A stretch of DNA of 64,000 nucleotides from an uncultured delta proteobacterium (GCA_963803435.1 CAWDML010000008.1:416001-480000), one strand, 5' to 3'; numbered from the stretch's first letter, positions 37,955 to 47,176 are shown. Notes: generated by a model from the sequence alone, not told the origin. A program made the numbers and translations.

Positions 37955-39454
37955 TCAGGGCTGGCCGTCACCGCGCTCGACGCTCGGCGGCTTCATCGCT
38001 CCGAGCTCGGCGGCGATCGCGCGCGCTGCCGCAATCCCGCTCCGCGCCGCGTGGTCCGAGTGGCTGCCTTGCGTCCAGTCTCCGGCGAGATGGACGCCGA
38101 GATCGGGCTGGCGGACCGCCTCGGCGAGCTCGTCGAGCGGTGACCGTCCCGGCGGAAACACGGCGAGCGCAGCGGGATGGTAGGTGTACACGTGGCTCCC
38201 CCGGACCTGCTGCTCGAACCCGGGCCAAAGCCGCTCGAGCTCGGCCTTCGCCTCGTCGACCTTGAGCTCGCGGGGGACCATGTGAAAGAGGCGCGCGCGT
38301 AGCCCGTAGACCAGCAGCGAGAAGACGTCGAACGGCTGGGAGTCAGGCGACTCGTGCTGGATCCCGTAGATCACACCGAGCGGACCGTCGCTGAGCACGG
38401 GGAGCACGGTCTCTCCGTCGATCTGGAACAGAGGCCTGACCTCCTTGGTGACCAGGAAGTGCACCACGGTGTACTGGCCGAGGCCGAGGGTCTGGATTCC
38501 GCGCAGGCGCTGCTCGTCGAGGGGTGGCTCGAAGACGATCTGATGGATCCGGAAGAAGGGGATCGCGAGCACCACCCGCTCCGCGTCCATCGTCCGGACG
38601 ACGTTGTTCTCGAGGTAGGTGACCGTGACCTGGATCTTTCCGTCCGCATCGCGCCGCCGGCGAATGCCGGTGACGAGCGCCGACATCGTCTTCGGCGAAC
38701 GGATTGCCTCACCGAGCGCGTGGATGAGCTTCGAGTTGCCGCCCTTCACATGGAAGTTCGGAACACCCTCCCCGAGGAAGATGCCGAACTCGAGCAGGCC
38801 GGCGAGCGCGCTGAACTGATCGGCGCCCGCCGCGAGCTCGCACTCGATGGTGAGGCGGATCCACTCCGACACCTTCCTCGGCAGCCGCAGGCGTTGCAGC
38901 CAGGCGGCGAACGAGATCGCCTGGAGATCGAGCACGCGCGCCGATCGGATTCCTTCTCTCTCCGCCTCCGCGCGGAGCCCCTTCGCCATCTCCATCCAAC
39001 CGGCGAGCGCCTTCCGTTCCCGCGGGTCGAGGAAGCTCGCGAAGTAGGCCTCGGTGGTCGGCTGGACGTACGGAATCAGCTTGCCGTCGATGATCAGACT
39101 CGAGAACGGCGGCTCCGGCTCGCCGTCGAGCTCGACGCCGAGCGCCTTCGCGATGTCGAGGAGCGGGTTGCCTTCCCACATCTCCTGCATCCCGAACTCG
39201 GCGTCGAGCCCCTCCCCGTAGTACGCGGTCTGCACGCGACCGCCGAGCACGTCGCTCGCCTCCAGAAGGTGGATAGGGAGGCCCGCCTTCTCCAGCTCGT
39301 AGGCGGCCGTGAGCCCGGCGACGCCGCCGCCGACCACAATCACCCGCGGGCTCGACGCGACGGCCTGGGTCGAGCCGGCGTCGGGTTGCAGGTCCGGCTC
39401 GGTTCTCTTGCAGGCGACGAGGGCGAGGACGAAGAGCAAGGCGAACGCGCGCAT
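37955..39454 (-). CDS. Flavin monoamine oxidase family lipoprotein
   Basis: Lipobox LVAC; VGGGVAGLTAAYEL, EASDVLGGRV, HLAGDWT. Confidence 0.85.
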   Translation of the reverse strand: MRAFALLFVLALVACKRTEPDLQPDAGSTQAVASSPRVIVVGGGVAGLTAAYELEKAGLPIHLLEASDVLGGRVQTAYYGEGLDAEFGMQEMWEGNPLLDIAKALGVELDGEPEPPFSSLIIDGKLIPYVQPTTEAYFASFLDPRERKALAGWMEMAKGLRAEAEREGIRSARVLDLQAISFAAWLQRLRLPRKVSEWIRLTIECELAAGADQFSALAGLLEFGIFLGEGVPNFHVKGGNSKLIHALGEAIRSPKTMSALVTGIRRRRDADGKIQVTVTYLENNVVRTMDAERVVLAIPFFRIHQIVFEPPLDEQRLRGIQTLGLGQYTVVHFLVTKEVRPLFQIDGETVLPVLSDGPLGVIYGIQHESPDSQPFDVFSLLVYGLRARLFHMVPRELKVDEAKAELERLWPGFEQQVRGSHVYTYHPAALAVFPPGRSPLDELAEAVRQPDLGVHLAGDWTQGSHSDHAARSGIAAARAIAAELGAMKPPSVERGDGQP

Positions 39455-39559
39455 CCGCGAACCAGACCTGCGAACCGAGCTGCGGTCAATCCACGCCGAC
39501 GCGTCCGATGATGGTGGCTCGGATGCGGCTGGATCGACTCGGGCGTCGCGGACGCGCGC

Positions 39560-39905
39560 TCGCGGCGACAGTGATGGGGACGCTGACGTTGCCCGGTACG
39601 GCTGCAGACGAGATGTACGGTGTTCGCGTGACGGCCGACCCGAGCGCAGCGCCGGTGGCGGAGACGTCGTGTTCACGATCGAGGACGTTCCAGCGGGGAC
39701 GTACTTCCGGCTCGCCTTCGTCGATGTCGACGGCTCGGGCGGGATGTCGTCGACGCCCGGCGACGACGTCGGGTGGTACGGACATTCGGGGCCGTCTGCA
39801 CCGAATGCGTCGGTGCCGGAGTCGGCGCGGTCACCCATGACTGGTCTCTGGTCGTGCAGAAGCCGCATCGAGGACGGGGATCTCGAGACGCTCAACATCC
39901 CCTGA
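39560..39905 (+). pseudogene. Degraded remnant of a secreted beta-rich protein
   Basis: Protein-like text split over two frames (VMGTLTLPG...; FTIEDVPAGTYFRLAFVDVDGSG); no start. Confidence 0.35.
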
Positions 39906-39998
39906 TCGATCGAGACGCCGGGTCGCGTGCCCGAGCCGACACCCCGTGCCCAATATTCAGGTGCCCGCGTGGGCCCGTCGCTTGCGTGGGCCTAGGGT

Positions 39999-40415
39999 AT
40001 GGCGACCCCCAACGACGTGGCGGGCCCAGGCCCCAACGGTCTGAGCGCACCGACCACCGGACAGGAACAGGAGATCCAGCAGCTTCGTGCCGAGGAGCAG
40101 TCCAGCATGCGGGCCTGGCTCGAGATGCTGGTCGACGATGCGCGGCACGGAAACGTCAAGGATCCCAAGAAGCGCAACATCAAGGGCCGTCGCGACAAGC
40201 TCGACGTCGCCAGCCGAATGGAGAAGCCGAGCGATGCGCTGGAGGGGGGCCGGTCGGGTCGGGCGCAGCCGGTCGAGAACGACGCCGCGTCGCGACAGAC
40301 GAGGGACCCGGGCGAAGCCAGCCACGCCATCGCTTCAGCGAAGGGCGCGGTCGACGATCTGAAGTCGTTCCTGAGCGGGCGCAAGTCGCTCGTCGATCTC
40401 ACCACGCTCGTATGA
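39999..40415 (+). CDS. Hypothetical protein
   Basis: 138-aa ORF, ATGA-coupled to the next gene. Confidence 0.6.
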   Translation: MATPNDVAGPGPNGLSAPTTGQEQEIQQLRAEEQSSMRAWLEMLVDDARHGNVKDPKKRNIKGRRDKLDVASRMEKPSDALEGGRSGRAQPVENDAASRQTRDPGEASHAIASAKGAVDDLKSFLSGRKSLVDLTTLV

Positions 40416-40871
40416 TCTACGGCGTCGACATCCACCCGTTTGCCGAGGCCGTGCTCGTCTACTTCACGGTGGACGGTCGAGCCGCCGCCTCCCAGCTCGA
40501 GCCCGCCGCGTTCCTCGAGCAGCTCTTCGCCGCGATCGACCGCTTCCCCGCACGGGAGGTCGCTCCGATCGCGGACGACCTCCTGGCCGCCGCCCGCTTC
40601 TTGGAGATCTACGGGCGTCCGACGGCGGCCCGGATGGTCGCCGAGCATCTGGAGCGGTCGTCGCGACGGGCGATGGTCCGCGCCGGGGGCGTCGCTCTGC
40701 TCGCGGGTGCGGCCAAGAATCGACCACGCTCTCACGCCTCCGGAGCCCGAAAAGGGCGAGAAGCGGCCCTCCCTCGTGGAGGAGCGCTGGGACGACCTGT
40801 CCCCGGAGCGGAGAGAGCCGGCTCCGCCGCCTCGCCCACGACATCCTGGGCTAGGAGCGTGTAGCGCGTAA
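40412..40871 (+). CDS. Hypothetical protein; probable frameshift at ~40719
   Basis: MIYGVDIHPFAEAVL...; removing one A from AAGAATCGAC gives AKIDHALTPPEPEKGEKRP... ending at 40871 (as read, the frame stops at 40864). Confidence 0.55.
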
Positions 40872-40906
40872 GCGCTCACGCGACCCCGGTCCGGGTCCCG
40901 GTCCCG
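40849..40906. repeat. Left arm of ~57-bp imperfect inverted repeat
   Basis: GGCTAGGAGCGTGTAGCGCGTA...CCGGTCCGGGTCCCGGTCCCG matches the reverse complement of 41607-41663. Confidence 0.9.
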
Positions 40907-41230
40907 GGGTTCTGTTCGCGTCCAACAGCGATGTGGGCATCGATCTGATTGTTGTCGCAGAATTCGATGTTGGTCGCGCTCAGATAGCGTTGATCGTCGT
41001 GAAGTGGGGATGACTTTCTCCAGCCAGATGATTTTCTGGGAGCCACTCGAGAGGGGACGGCGGGAGCAAGAACGATTGTCTCGGAGTCCAAGAACGGTAT
41101 TGCTTCGCCACGAAACCATGGGATCAAGTCCAGGCGTCGAAGTCGATCCGCCCAACGATCGATTCCAGACGAAACGACCTCCAAGAACTTCTGCTGGTCA
41201 AAGTGGACGAGCTACCGCAAGCTAGCTTGC

Positions 41231-41599
41231 ATGGTCACTTTCGATCACGAGAAGCTCGAGGTCTACCAGCTCGCCGTCGAGTATGCCGACATCGCTGAAG
41301 AGATCGCACAAGAACTGCAACCCGGTCACGCTCACGTCCGCGATCAGCTTCGGCGGGCATCCGATTCCATCGTGAACAACACCGCCGAGGGCGCCGGAGA
41401 GTTCAATCCACCTGAGAGGGCTCGCTTCTACCGGATGGCACTTCGCTCTGGCACCGAAAGCGCCGCCTCACTCCACACCTGCTTGAGGCGCCGACTCACC
41501 AACGAGCAGAAGGTCCAAGCCGCCAGAGCCAAGCTCAAGCGCGTTGTCGAGATGCTCACGCGCCTCATCAAGTCGATGAACGCACGCCGGGCTGCATGA
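41231..41599 (+). CDS. Four helix bundle protein (TIGR02436 / 23S rRNA-IVP-like family)
   Basis: HEKLEVYQLA, DQLRRASDSIVNNTAEG, RFYRMALRSGTE, MLTRLI. Confidence 0.9.
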   Translation: MVTFDHEKLEVYQLAVEYADIAEEIAQELQPGHAHVRDQLRRASDSIVNNTAEGAGEFNPPERARFYRMALRSGTESAASLHTCLRRRLTNEQKVQAARAKLKRVVEMLTRLIKSMNARRAA

Positions 41600-41606
41600 T
41601 CGCCAT

Positions 41607-41663
41607 CGGGACCGGGACCCGGACCGGGCTCGCGGTAGCGCTACGCGCTACACGCTCCTAGCC
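41607..41663. repeat. Right arm of the inverted repeat
   Basis: CGGGACCGGGACCCGGACCGGG...TACGCGCTACACGCTCCTAGCC. Confidence 0.9.
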
Positions 41664-41816
41664 TTCTCTAATCAGCTACCTTATCACCGGGTATCCTACA
41701 TTCAGCCGAAGCCCTCGAAATGGGCCTAGAGGGGCCGTGATGGGGCGCTCGGAGGCCTGTATTCTCGCCTTTTATCAGCTAATACCGAGTAGTTAACGGT
41801 AATGCCCACATTCCAC

Positions 41817-41843
41817 GAAACTCTCTGACTGTAGGTGCGATAA
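41817..41843 (+). promoter_or_regulatory. Possible sigma-28-like promoter
   Basis: GAAA-N15-TGCGATAA versus TAAA-N15-GCCGATAA, in an AT-richer intergenic region. Confidence 0.25.
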
Positions 41844-41889
41844 GTACTTCATACTACGTTCGTCTAAGGGCGGACACGGAGGAGAGACC

Positions 41890-42144
41890 ATGAGCGGTGA
41901 TATGAGACTCGGTGGCAGCGGAAGCGTTCAGACCGGCGGCAGCGGAAGCGTTCAGACCGGCGGCAGCGGAAGCGTTCAGGTAGGCAGCGGCGGCGCGAGC
42001 ATTCAGCGCCCCAGCGGGAGCGGCAGCGTGCAGCAGGGCAGCGGCAGCGCGCAGCAGCAGGCCGGCTATTCGCAGCAGGAGAGCTACTCCAAGTCGCCGA
42101 GCCTCAAGAGCTTCTTCGCGAAGTTCGGAATCAACATCCCCTGA
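41890..42144 (+). CDS. 84-aa Gly/Ser/Gln-rich repeat protein
   Basis: Strong SD GGAGGAGAG; GGSGSVQ(T/V) x3 (24-bp unit, 41911-41982) plus degenerate copies. Confidence 0.75.
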   Translation: MSGDMRLGGSGSVQTGGSGSVQTGGSGSVQVGSGGASIQRPSGSGSVQQGSGSAQQQAGYSQQESYSKSPSLKSFFAKFGINIP

Positions 42145-42160
42145 TCGGGGAGCGTCGGAC

Positions 42161-42206
42161 TCGAGCGAGTGTCGATCTCAGCCGGATCGACGGACGGCTC
42201 GCTCGA
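42161..42206 (+). terminator. Stem-loop after the small gene (terminator-like or mRNA stabiliser)
   Basis: TCGAGCGAG/CTCGCTCGA outer stem and GTCGATC/GATCGAC inner stem; no U tract. Confidence 0.4.
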
Positions 42207-42283
42207 ATTCAACGGACGCGGGAACTCGGCTGACGACTCAAGACAACGAAGAGACGGGTTCGCAAGAGCTCGAGGGGCGAGAC

Positions 42284-44305
42284 ATGGATCTTCTATCATT
42301 CCTCAGGGGCGAGGACACCTCGCGGCGTTACCGCGAGATCGACACTCTACCGACCGGCGAGCCGACCCGATTTCGCCGCGACGACGACGAGCCGAAGATC
42401 GGTTCGTCCCACGACCGGTATGAGACCGCCCGGCCTCAGCTTCCCGTGACGCGCCCGCTCGAGCGGCTCAACACGGACAGGAGCTACGTCCGGATCAACA
42501 GCAACAAGACGCCGACGCTGAGCGCCACCGAGATCCTCGAGGCCGGCTCCGAGCGCGACGACCTGCTCGACCGCTACGGCCGCTACCTCACGGTGCTGGC
42601 CGGTACCGCGAAGGGCACCACTGCGGGCGCAGCACCCGAGCCGTTCAGCGCTTCGCGCGACGGCTGGAAGGCGTCCGTCACGGCGACCGAGGTCTCGATC
42701 TCGGATCCCAAGGGCCGCCAGCTCACGCTGGGAATGAAGGACGAGAAGCCGCACCTCAAGGGGCAGCTCACCGAGGGCCTGAAGGGCTTCCTGCTCTCCG
42801 CGTTCGAGCACCTCATGGTTCGCGAGGGCGTCCACGAGCAGCCGTCGGCGCAGGAGGTCGATCAGAACGTCGCCCAGCTCTTCCTCCACCTGCTCGGCCC
42901 GGGCGGCCGGTTCCAGAAGAACCGCCTGCCCACCAGCGAGCGGTTCGCCAAGCCGAAGCTCCTGGCCTACGACCTCAACGGGACCGCCGAAGGGCGCCCC
43001 GGCATGGGTACCGCCACCGACGTCCTGAACCGGATGGGCTCGGCGAGCGTCATCACGACGACCGTCGGGGCCGAGAGCGGCGAGCGCGCGATGAAGTCCG
43101 CGCAGGCCGCGTTCACCGGCTATCACGGCGGCTCCGAGGTTCGTCCCGGCGGCGGCAACAAGGTCTACGCGGGCATCGGTGCCGCGTACGGGCTCGAGGA
43201 GAGCCAGCTGAAGCATCAGCTCGCGGTGATCGGCGACAGCTCGACGGATGCGCCCGGCGACGTGGCGGACGTCCTGTTCGTCCACAACAGCGCGCGGACG
43301 CCTGCGGAGGCGCTCGAGGTGCTGTTCCGGGAGCTCGACCGGCGGGGTGAGGGCAGCTTCTTCAACGGCATCAACAGCCTTCGTGGCGACCGGCGGGGTC
43401 CCGTCCAGGCGAGCGCTGGTCCGCTCACGTTCAAGATCGAGAACGCGCGCCCCGGCAAGTACGAGATCCCGACGATCTCGGATCTGCAGGTGAGCTTCTC
43501 CGCGCAGCAGCTGGCGGAGGCCCTCGGGGCGCACAGCGACGTGCCCTCGATCGCGACCGTCGCCAAGCTGGCCCGCAGCTATCTGTCCGGCGTCGACGAC
43601 GCCCGGTTCGCGTCGATCGCGACCGAGCTCGCGAAGACCCCCGCCCGCGGCGCGCTCGCGGAGCAGGTGCAGCTTCGCGTCGGCCGGCGGCAGCGCGAGA
43701 TCGGCGCGGCTCAGGAGAAGGCGGCCCAGCTGCTGCGCTCCTCGCGGACCGATTCGGCGAAGGAGATGATCTCGGCTGTCTCGGGGCTCATCTCGACGGG
43801 CGATGCCGGGGTGCTCCAGACGATCACCGCCGCGGTTACGGCGTTCAACGAGGCCCAGAAGGACAAGCGGCCCGCGCGTCGTGCGAGCATCGCCTCCTTC
43901 ATCGAGCAGGCGACCTCCCGGATCTCGAGGCTGATCGATCGGGCCGAAGACGGCGAAGTGGCCTTCCCGAAGTCGGGCGGCATGTTCTCGTCGGGCACCA
44001 GCAAGCGTCTTCGCGAGCTGAGCGAGGACATCTCGTCGTCCCGAGATTGCGAGAAGGGGCTCGAGCTGCTCGACGGCGCGCTGGAGCTCGGCTCGCAGAA
44101 GAAGGTCGACCCGGACGATGTCGAGATGATCCGCGTCTCGACGCTGGAGCGGCTCCTGGAGGCGCTTCCGGCGCACCTCGAGCGGCTCGACGCTGCGGAG
44201 TCGCAGGTCGGTCGCCAGCTGTCGGAGCTCCTCGAGCGCGGCAGCGGAGCGGTCCGAACCCAAAACGAGATCTGGACGGCCATCGGCCGCGCCTACGCGG
44301 AGTGA
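42284..44305 (+). CDS. 673-aa protein with a central divergent HAD-like domain and helical C-terminus
   Basis: LLAYDLNGT (motif I), VITTT (II), NKVY (III), VIGDSSTD (IV). Confidence 0.65.
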   Translation: MDLLSFLRGEDTSRRYREIDTLPTGEPTRFRRDDDEPKIGSSHDRYETARPQLPVTRPLERLNTDRSYVRINSNKTPTLSATEILEAGSERDDLLDRYGRYLTVLAGTAKGTTAGAAPEPFSASRDGWKASVTATEVSISDPKGRQLTLGMKDEKPHLKGQLTEGLKGFLLSAFEHLMVREGVHEQPSAQEVDQNVAQLFLHLLGPGGRFQKNRLPTSERFAKPKLLAYDLNGTAEGRPGMGTATDVLNRMGSASVITTTVGAESGERAMKSAQAAFTGYHGGSEVRPGGGNKVYAGIGAAYGLEESQLKHQLAVIGDSSTDAPGDVADVLFVHNSARTPAEALEVLFRELDRRGEGSFFNGINSLRGDRRGPVQASAGPLTFKIENARPGKYEIPTISDLQVSFSAQQLAEALGAHSDVPSIATVAKLARSYLSGVDDARFASIATELAKTPARGALAEQVQLRVGRRQREIGAAQEKAAQLLRSSRTDSAKEMISAVSGLISTGDAGVLQTITAAVTAFNEAQKDKRPARRASIASFIEQATSRISRLIDRAEDGEVAFPKSGGMFSSGTSKRLRELSEDISSSRDCEKGLELLDGALELGSQKKVDPDDVEMIRVSTLERLLEALPAHLERLDAAESQVGRQLSELLERGSGAVRTQNEIWTAIGRAYAE

Positions 44306-44308
44306 GCC

Positions 44309-44764
44309 GTGGAGCTGGGACGCATGGAGATCGCGATACCGTCGACCTGGGAGGATCGCTCGACCTACACCTTCATCGCACCGCGCGAGAAGGCGAGGAT
44401 CGGACCGAGAGCTCAAGACGACGGGTTCCGCTCGAACGTGGTGGTCACCGTGGGACCGGAGGGGAAGGCCGACGGGTTGGACGCGGCGACGAAGAGGGCG
44501 ATCGCTCAGGTGCGAGACAACTTCGGTGAGGTCGCGATCGAGATCGAGAACGGCCCCGAGATCTCCGGTCAGCCCAGCCGCCGGTTGAGCTACCGGATCA
44601 TCGAGCCCGGCGGAGCGCTCGCGCTGTTCCAGGCCCAGTACCTCGTGGAGGTCGACCGTACGGAGCGGATCTTCACGTTCACGACCGCAGCCGTAAACGC
44701 CAAATCGATGCTCCCCGCCATGGAGCAGATGATCCAATCGGTGCACGTTCGCGCCGCACGCTGA
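44309..44764 (+). CDS. DcrB/DUF1795-like (PsbP/Mog1 fold) protein
   Basis: IPSTWEDRSTYTF, FRSNVVVT, Q-Y...FTFT pattern. Confidence 0.7.
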   Translation: MELGRMEIAIPSTWEDRSTYTFIAPREKARIGPRAQDDGFRSNVVVTVGPEGKADGLDAATKRAIAQVRDNFGEVAIEIENGPEISGQPSRRLSYRIIEPGGALALFQAQYLVEVDRTERIFTFTTAAVNAKSMLPAMEQMIQSVHVRAAR

Positions 44765-44777
44765 GGAGAGGACCGAT

Positions 44778-45143
44778 ATGACCGCCGCAATCAACCAGCA
44801 AGTCGTTCAATACATCGGTGATCGCTTGCGCACGGGGTTCAGTGGCGCGGTGCAGACGACCACCTGGCCGCAGGTGCTGCAGAACGCCGCCCGCCTCGGC
44901 AACCCGGTCGGCGAGATCCGCTCGGGTGACGATCTCGCGCGCGTCCCGCGGAACCAGCAGCTGCGGGCCGTCTACTTCCCGAGCGATCCGGGCGGTCCGG
45001 TCGTTCGCTGGGGTACCGGCACGATGAATCAGGTGCTCGGCGGCGGCAACCACGATCACTTCCACCGCTCGGGCGACAACGTCACCAACGGCAAGCAGGG
45101 CTATCTGACGATCGACAGCAGCGGGAACATGACGATCCAGTAG
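44778..45143 (+). CDS. 121-aa hypothetical Gly/Asn/Gln/Thr-rich protein
   Basis: SD GAGGAGAG; complete ORF filling the gap between neighbours. Confidence 0.7.
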   Translation: MTAAINQQVVQYIGDRLRTGFSGAVQTTTWPQVLQNAARLGNPVGEIRSGDDLARVPRNQQLRAVYFPSDPGGPVVRWGTGTMNQVLGGGNHDHFHRSGDNVTNGKQGYLTIDSSGNMTIQ

Positions 45144-45169
45144 GAAGCGGACGAGGAAGGACGACCACG

Positions 45170-47176
45170 ATGTTGCGCAAGGCCGACCAGACGGATCGAA
45201 GCGGAGCGACCAGGGTGATTCATCCGTCGCCCGCGGCCGAGCGCCGTCGGCTGCGCGATCCGGAGAGCCTCGCCGCGCTTCACTCGGCGCGCCGGGTGAC
45301 GCTCTCGGCCGCGGATCGAGCTCGGCTGGCGAAGATAGAGTCGGGCGCGACGCCGACCTACGAGGCGCTCACCGAGCTGGTCAGCCTGGTCAACGCGAAG
45401 AAGCTGTCACCCGAGGAGGCGATCCTGCGGGTCGATGCCAAGTCGATGGCGAAGCTGCAGCTGCCGCAGTTCGCCACCGAGCCCACGGACCCGCCGGCCG
45501 CCTCCGGCCTTGGCGTGTCGAACGGATGCGCCAGCGGGATCGCGGTGTTCGATGCGAAGCGGGCCGCGGAGCTGGTCGCCCAAGGCGAGAGCGTGATCCT
45601 GGTGGTTCGAGAGATCACTCCGGACGAGGTCGCCGAGATGGCCAAGGTGCAGGGCGTGATCTGCACGATGGGCGACTACTCCTCGCACACCTCGGTGCTC
45701 GCACGCGACTACGGGATTCCGGCCCTGAACGGCAATCACTTCGACGTCGACGGCGGCGCGCGCTCTGCGGATCTGGGCGGCGTGAGGATCAACGAAGGCG
45801 ATCGGATCAGCATTCGTGTCGAGGGCGCCGACAAGGCCGAGGTCTTCGACAAGGAGCAGAAGATCGTGACGCACGCCGATCAGGCGAGCTTCAAGACGCT
45901 GCTCTCCTGGTGTCAGGCCTTCAAGGGTATAGACGTGCGCGCAAACGCGGATCTCCCCGGCGCCGTCACGCGCGCGATCGAGACCGGTGCGTCCGGTGTG
46001 GGGCTGGTGCGGACCGAGCACATGTTCTTCGGCGACCGCCGGAAGACGCTCCAGGCTGCGATCCTGACCCAGATGCCGGAGGAGCTCGACGCCCGCCTGA
46101 AGGAGCTCGAGCAGTTCCAGACCGAGGACTTCATCGGGATCTTCGAGAACGCCCAGGGCAAGTCGGTGTCGATCCGCCTCATGGATCCGCCGCTCCACGA
46201 GTTCCTCCCGGCGCGCTCGGAGGCCCGCGCTCGCTTGAACGTCGAGACGCTGGCGCATCGGTTGAACCTCGACCCCAAGGAGGTCGAGGCCAAGCTGCGC
46301 GAGAACCCGATCTTCGATCGGTGGGTCAAGGTCGACTTCGATCGGCTGTTCTTCACGGCCGAGCAGGAGTCCGACGAGATGATGGCGCTGGCCGAGGCGA
46401 TGGACTTTCCGCCGGAGCTCATCCACGACCTGGCGAAGCCTCTCCACGAGGTGAACCCGATGATGGGTCTCCGCGGCGTACGCCTGAGCGTTGCCAAGCC
46501 CGAGATCTACGAGATGCAGGTCCGCGCCATGTTCGAGGCGGCGGCGAAGGTCACGGCCGAGGGGACGCCGGTCGATCTGAAGATCATGATCCCGCTGGTC
46601 AACACGCCGGAGGAGGTCGATCACGTCCGCGGCATCATCGAGCGTGCGAAGAAGCAGGTCTCGGACCGTGTGGGGCGCGATCTCGACTATCACCTCCTGG
46701 TCATGGTGGAGACGCCAGCGGCGGCGCTGCGCGCGCACGAGCTGGCGGACCGCTGTGACGGCTTCTCGTTCGGCACCAACGACCTGACGCAGTTCACGCT
46801 GGCGATGAGCCGCGGTGATGCGGCGCCGGTGCTCGACGCTTACAAGGGCGCGGGGATCTCGACGGTCGATCCGTTCCAGAAGATCGATCCCGAATCGGTC
46901 GGCAAGCTCATCTCGGTGGCGATCGGCTTTGCGCGTCACTCCGGAACGACGGAGCGACCGGACTTTCCGGCCGGCATCTGTGGCGAGCAGGGCGCGGATC
47001 CCGCGACGATCGCGGCCGCGCGCGAGTGGGGCGTCGACTACGTGTCGGTGTCGCCGTACCGGGTCGCGACCGCGCTGGTGGCCTCGGCCCAGCAGAACAT
47101 CGAGGCCTCGAAAGACACGGGCAAAGATCGCGGGCTCAAGCTGGTCGATCTCCTGGCAGCGAGGAGCAACTCTTGA
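45170..47176 (+). CDS. Pyruvate phosphate dikinase homolog lacking the N-terminal ATP-grasp domain
   Basis: EEAILRV, SSHTSVLAR (phospho-His), VRANAD, GLVRTEHMFF, RLMDPPLHEFLP, NPMMGLRGVR, FSFGTNDLTQ, GICGEQG. Confidence 0.88.
   Translation: MLRKADQTDRSGATRVIHPSPAAERRRLRDPESLAALHSARRVTLSAADRARLAKIESGATPTYEALTELVSLVNAKKLSPEEAILRVDAKSMAKLQLPQFATEPTDPPAASGLGVSNGCASGIAVFDAKRAAELVAQGESVILVVREITPDEVAEMAKVQGVICTMGDYSSHTSVLARDYGIPALNGNHFDVDGGARSADLGGVRINEGDRISIRVEGADKAEVFDKEQKIVTHADQASFKTLLSWCQAFKGIDVRANADLPGAVTRAIETGASGVGLVRTEHMFFGDRRKTLQAAILTQMPEELDARLKELEQFQTEDFIGIFENAQGKSVSIRLMDPPLHEFLPARSEARARLNVETLAHRLNLDPKEVEAKLRENPIFDRWVKVDFDRLFFTAEQESDEMMALAEAMDFPPELIHDLAKPLHEVNPMMGLRGVRLSVAKPEIYEMQVRAMFEAAAKVTAEGTPVDLKIMIPLVNTPEEVDHVRGIIERAKKQVSDRVGRDLDYHLLVMVETPAAALRAHELADRCDGFSFGTNDLTQFTLAMSRGDAAPVLDAYKGAGISTVDPFQKIDPESVGKLISVAIGFARHSGTTERPDFPAGICGEQGADPATIAAAREWGVDYVSVSPYRVATALVASAQQNIEASKDTGKDRGLKLVDLLAARSNS

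Noticed and set aside
41231-41599. Diversity-generating retroelement (Avd-like gene)
   Set aside because: No reverse transcriptase in the window; the 11027/13479 repeat differences are not adenine-specific
41911-41982. 24-bp direct repeats as a CRISPR array
   Set aside because: Contiguous in-frame coding repeats with no spacers and no cas genes
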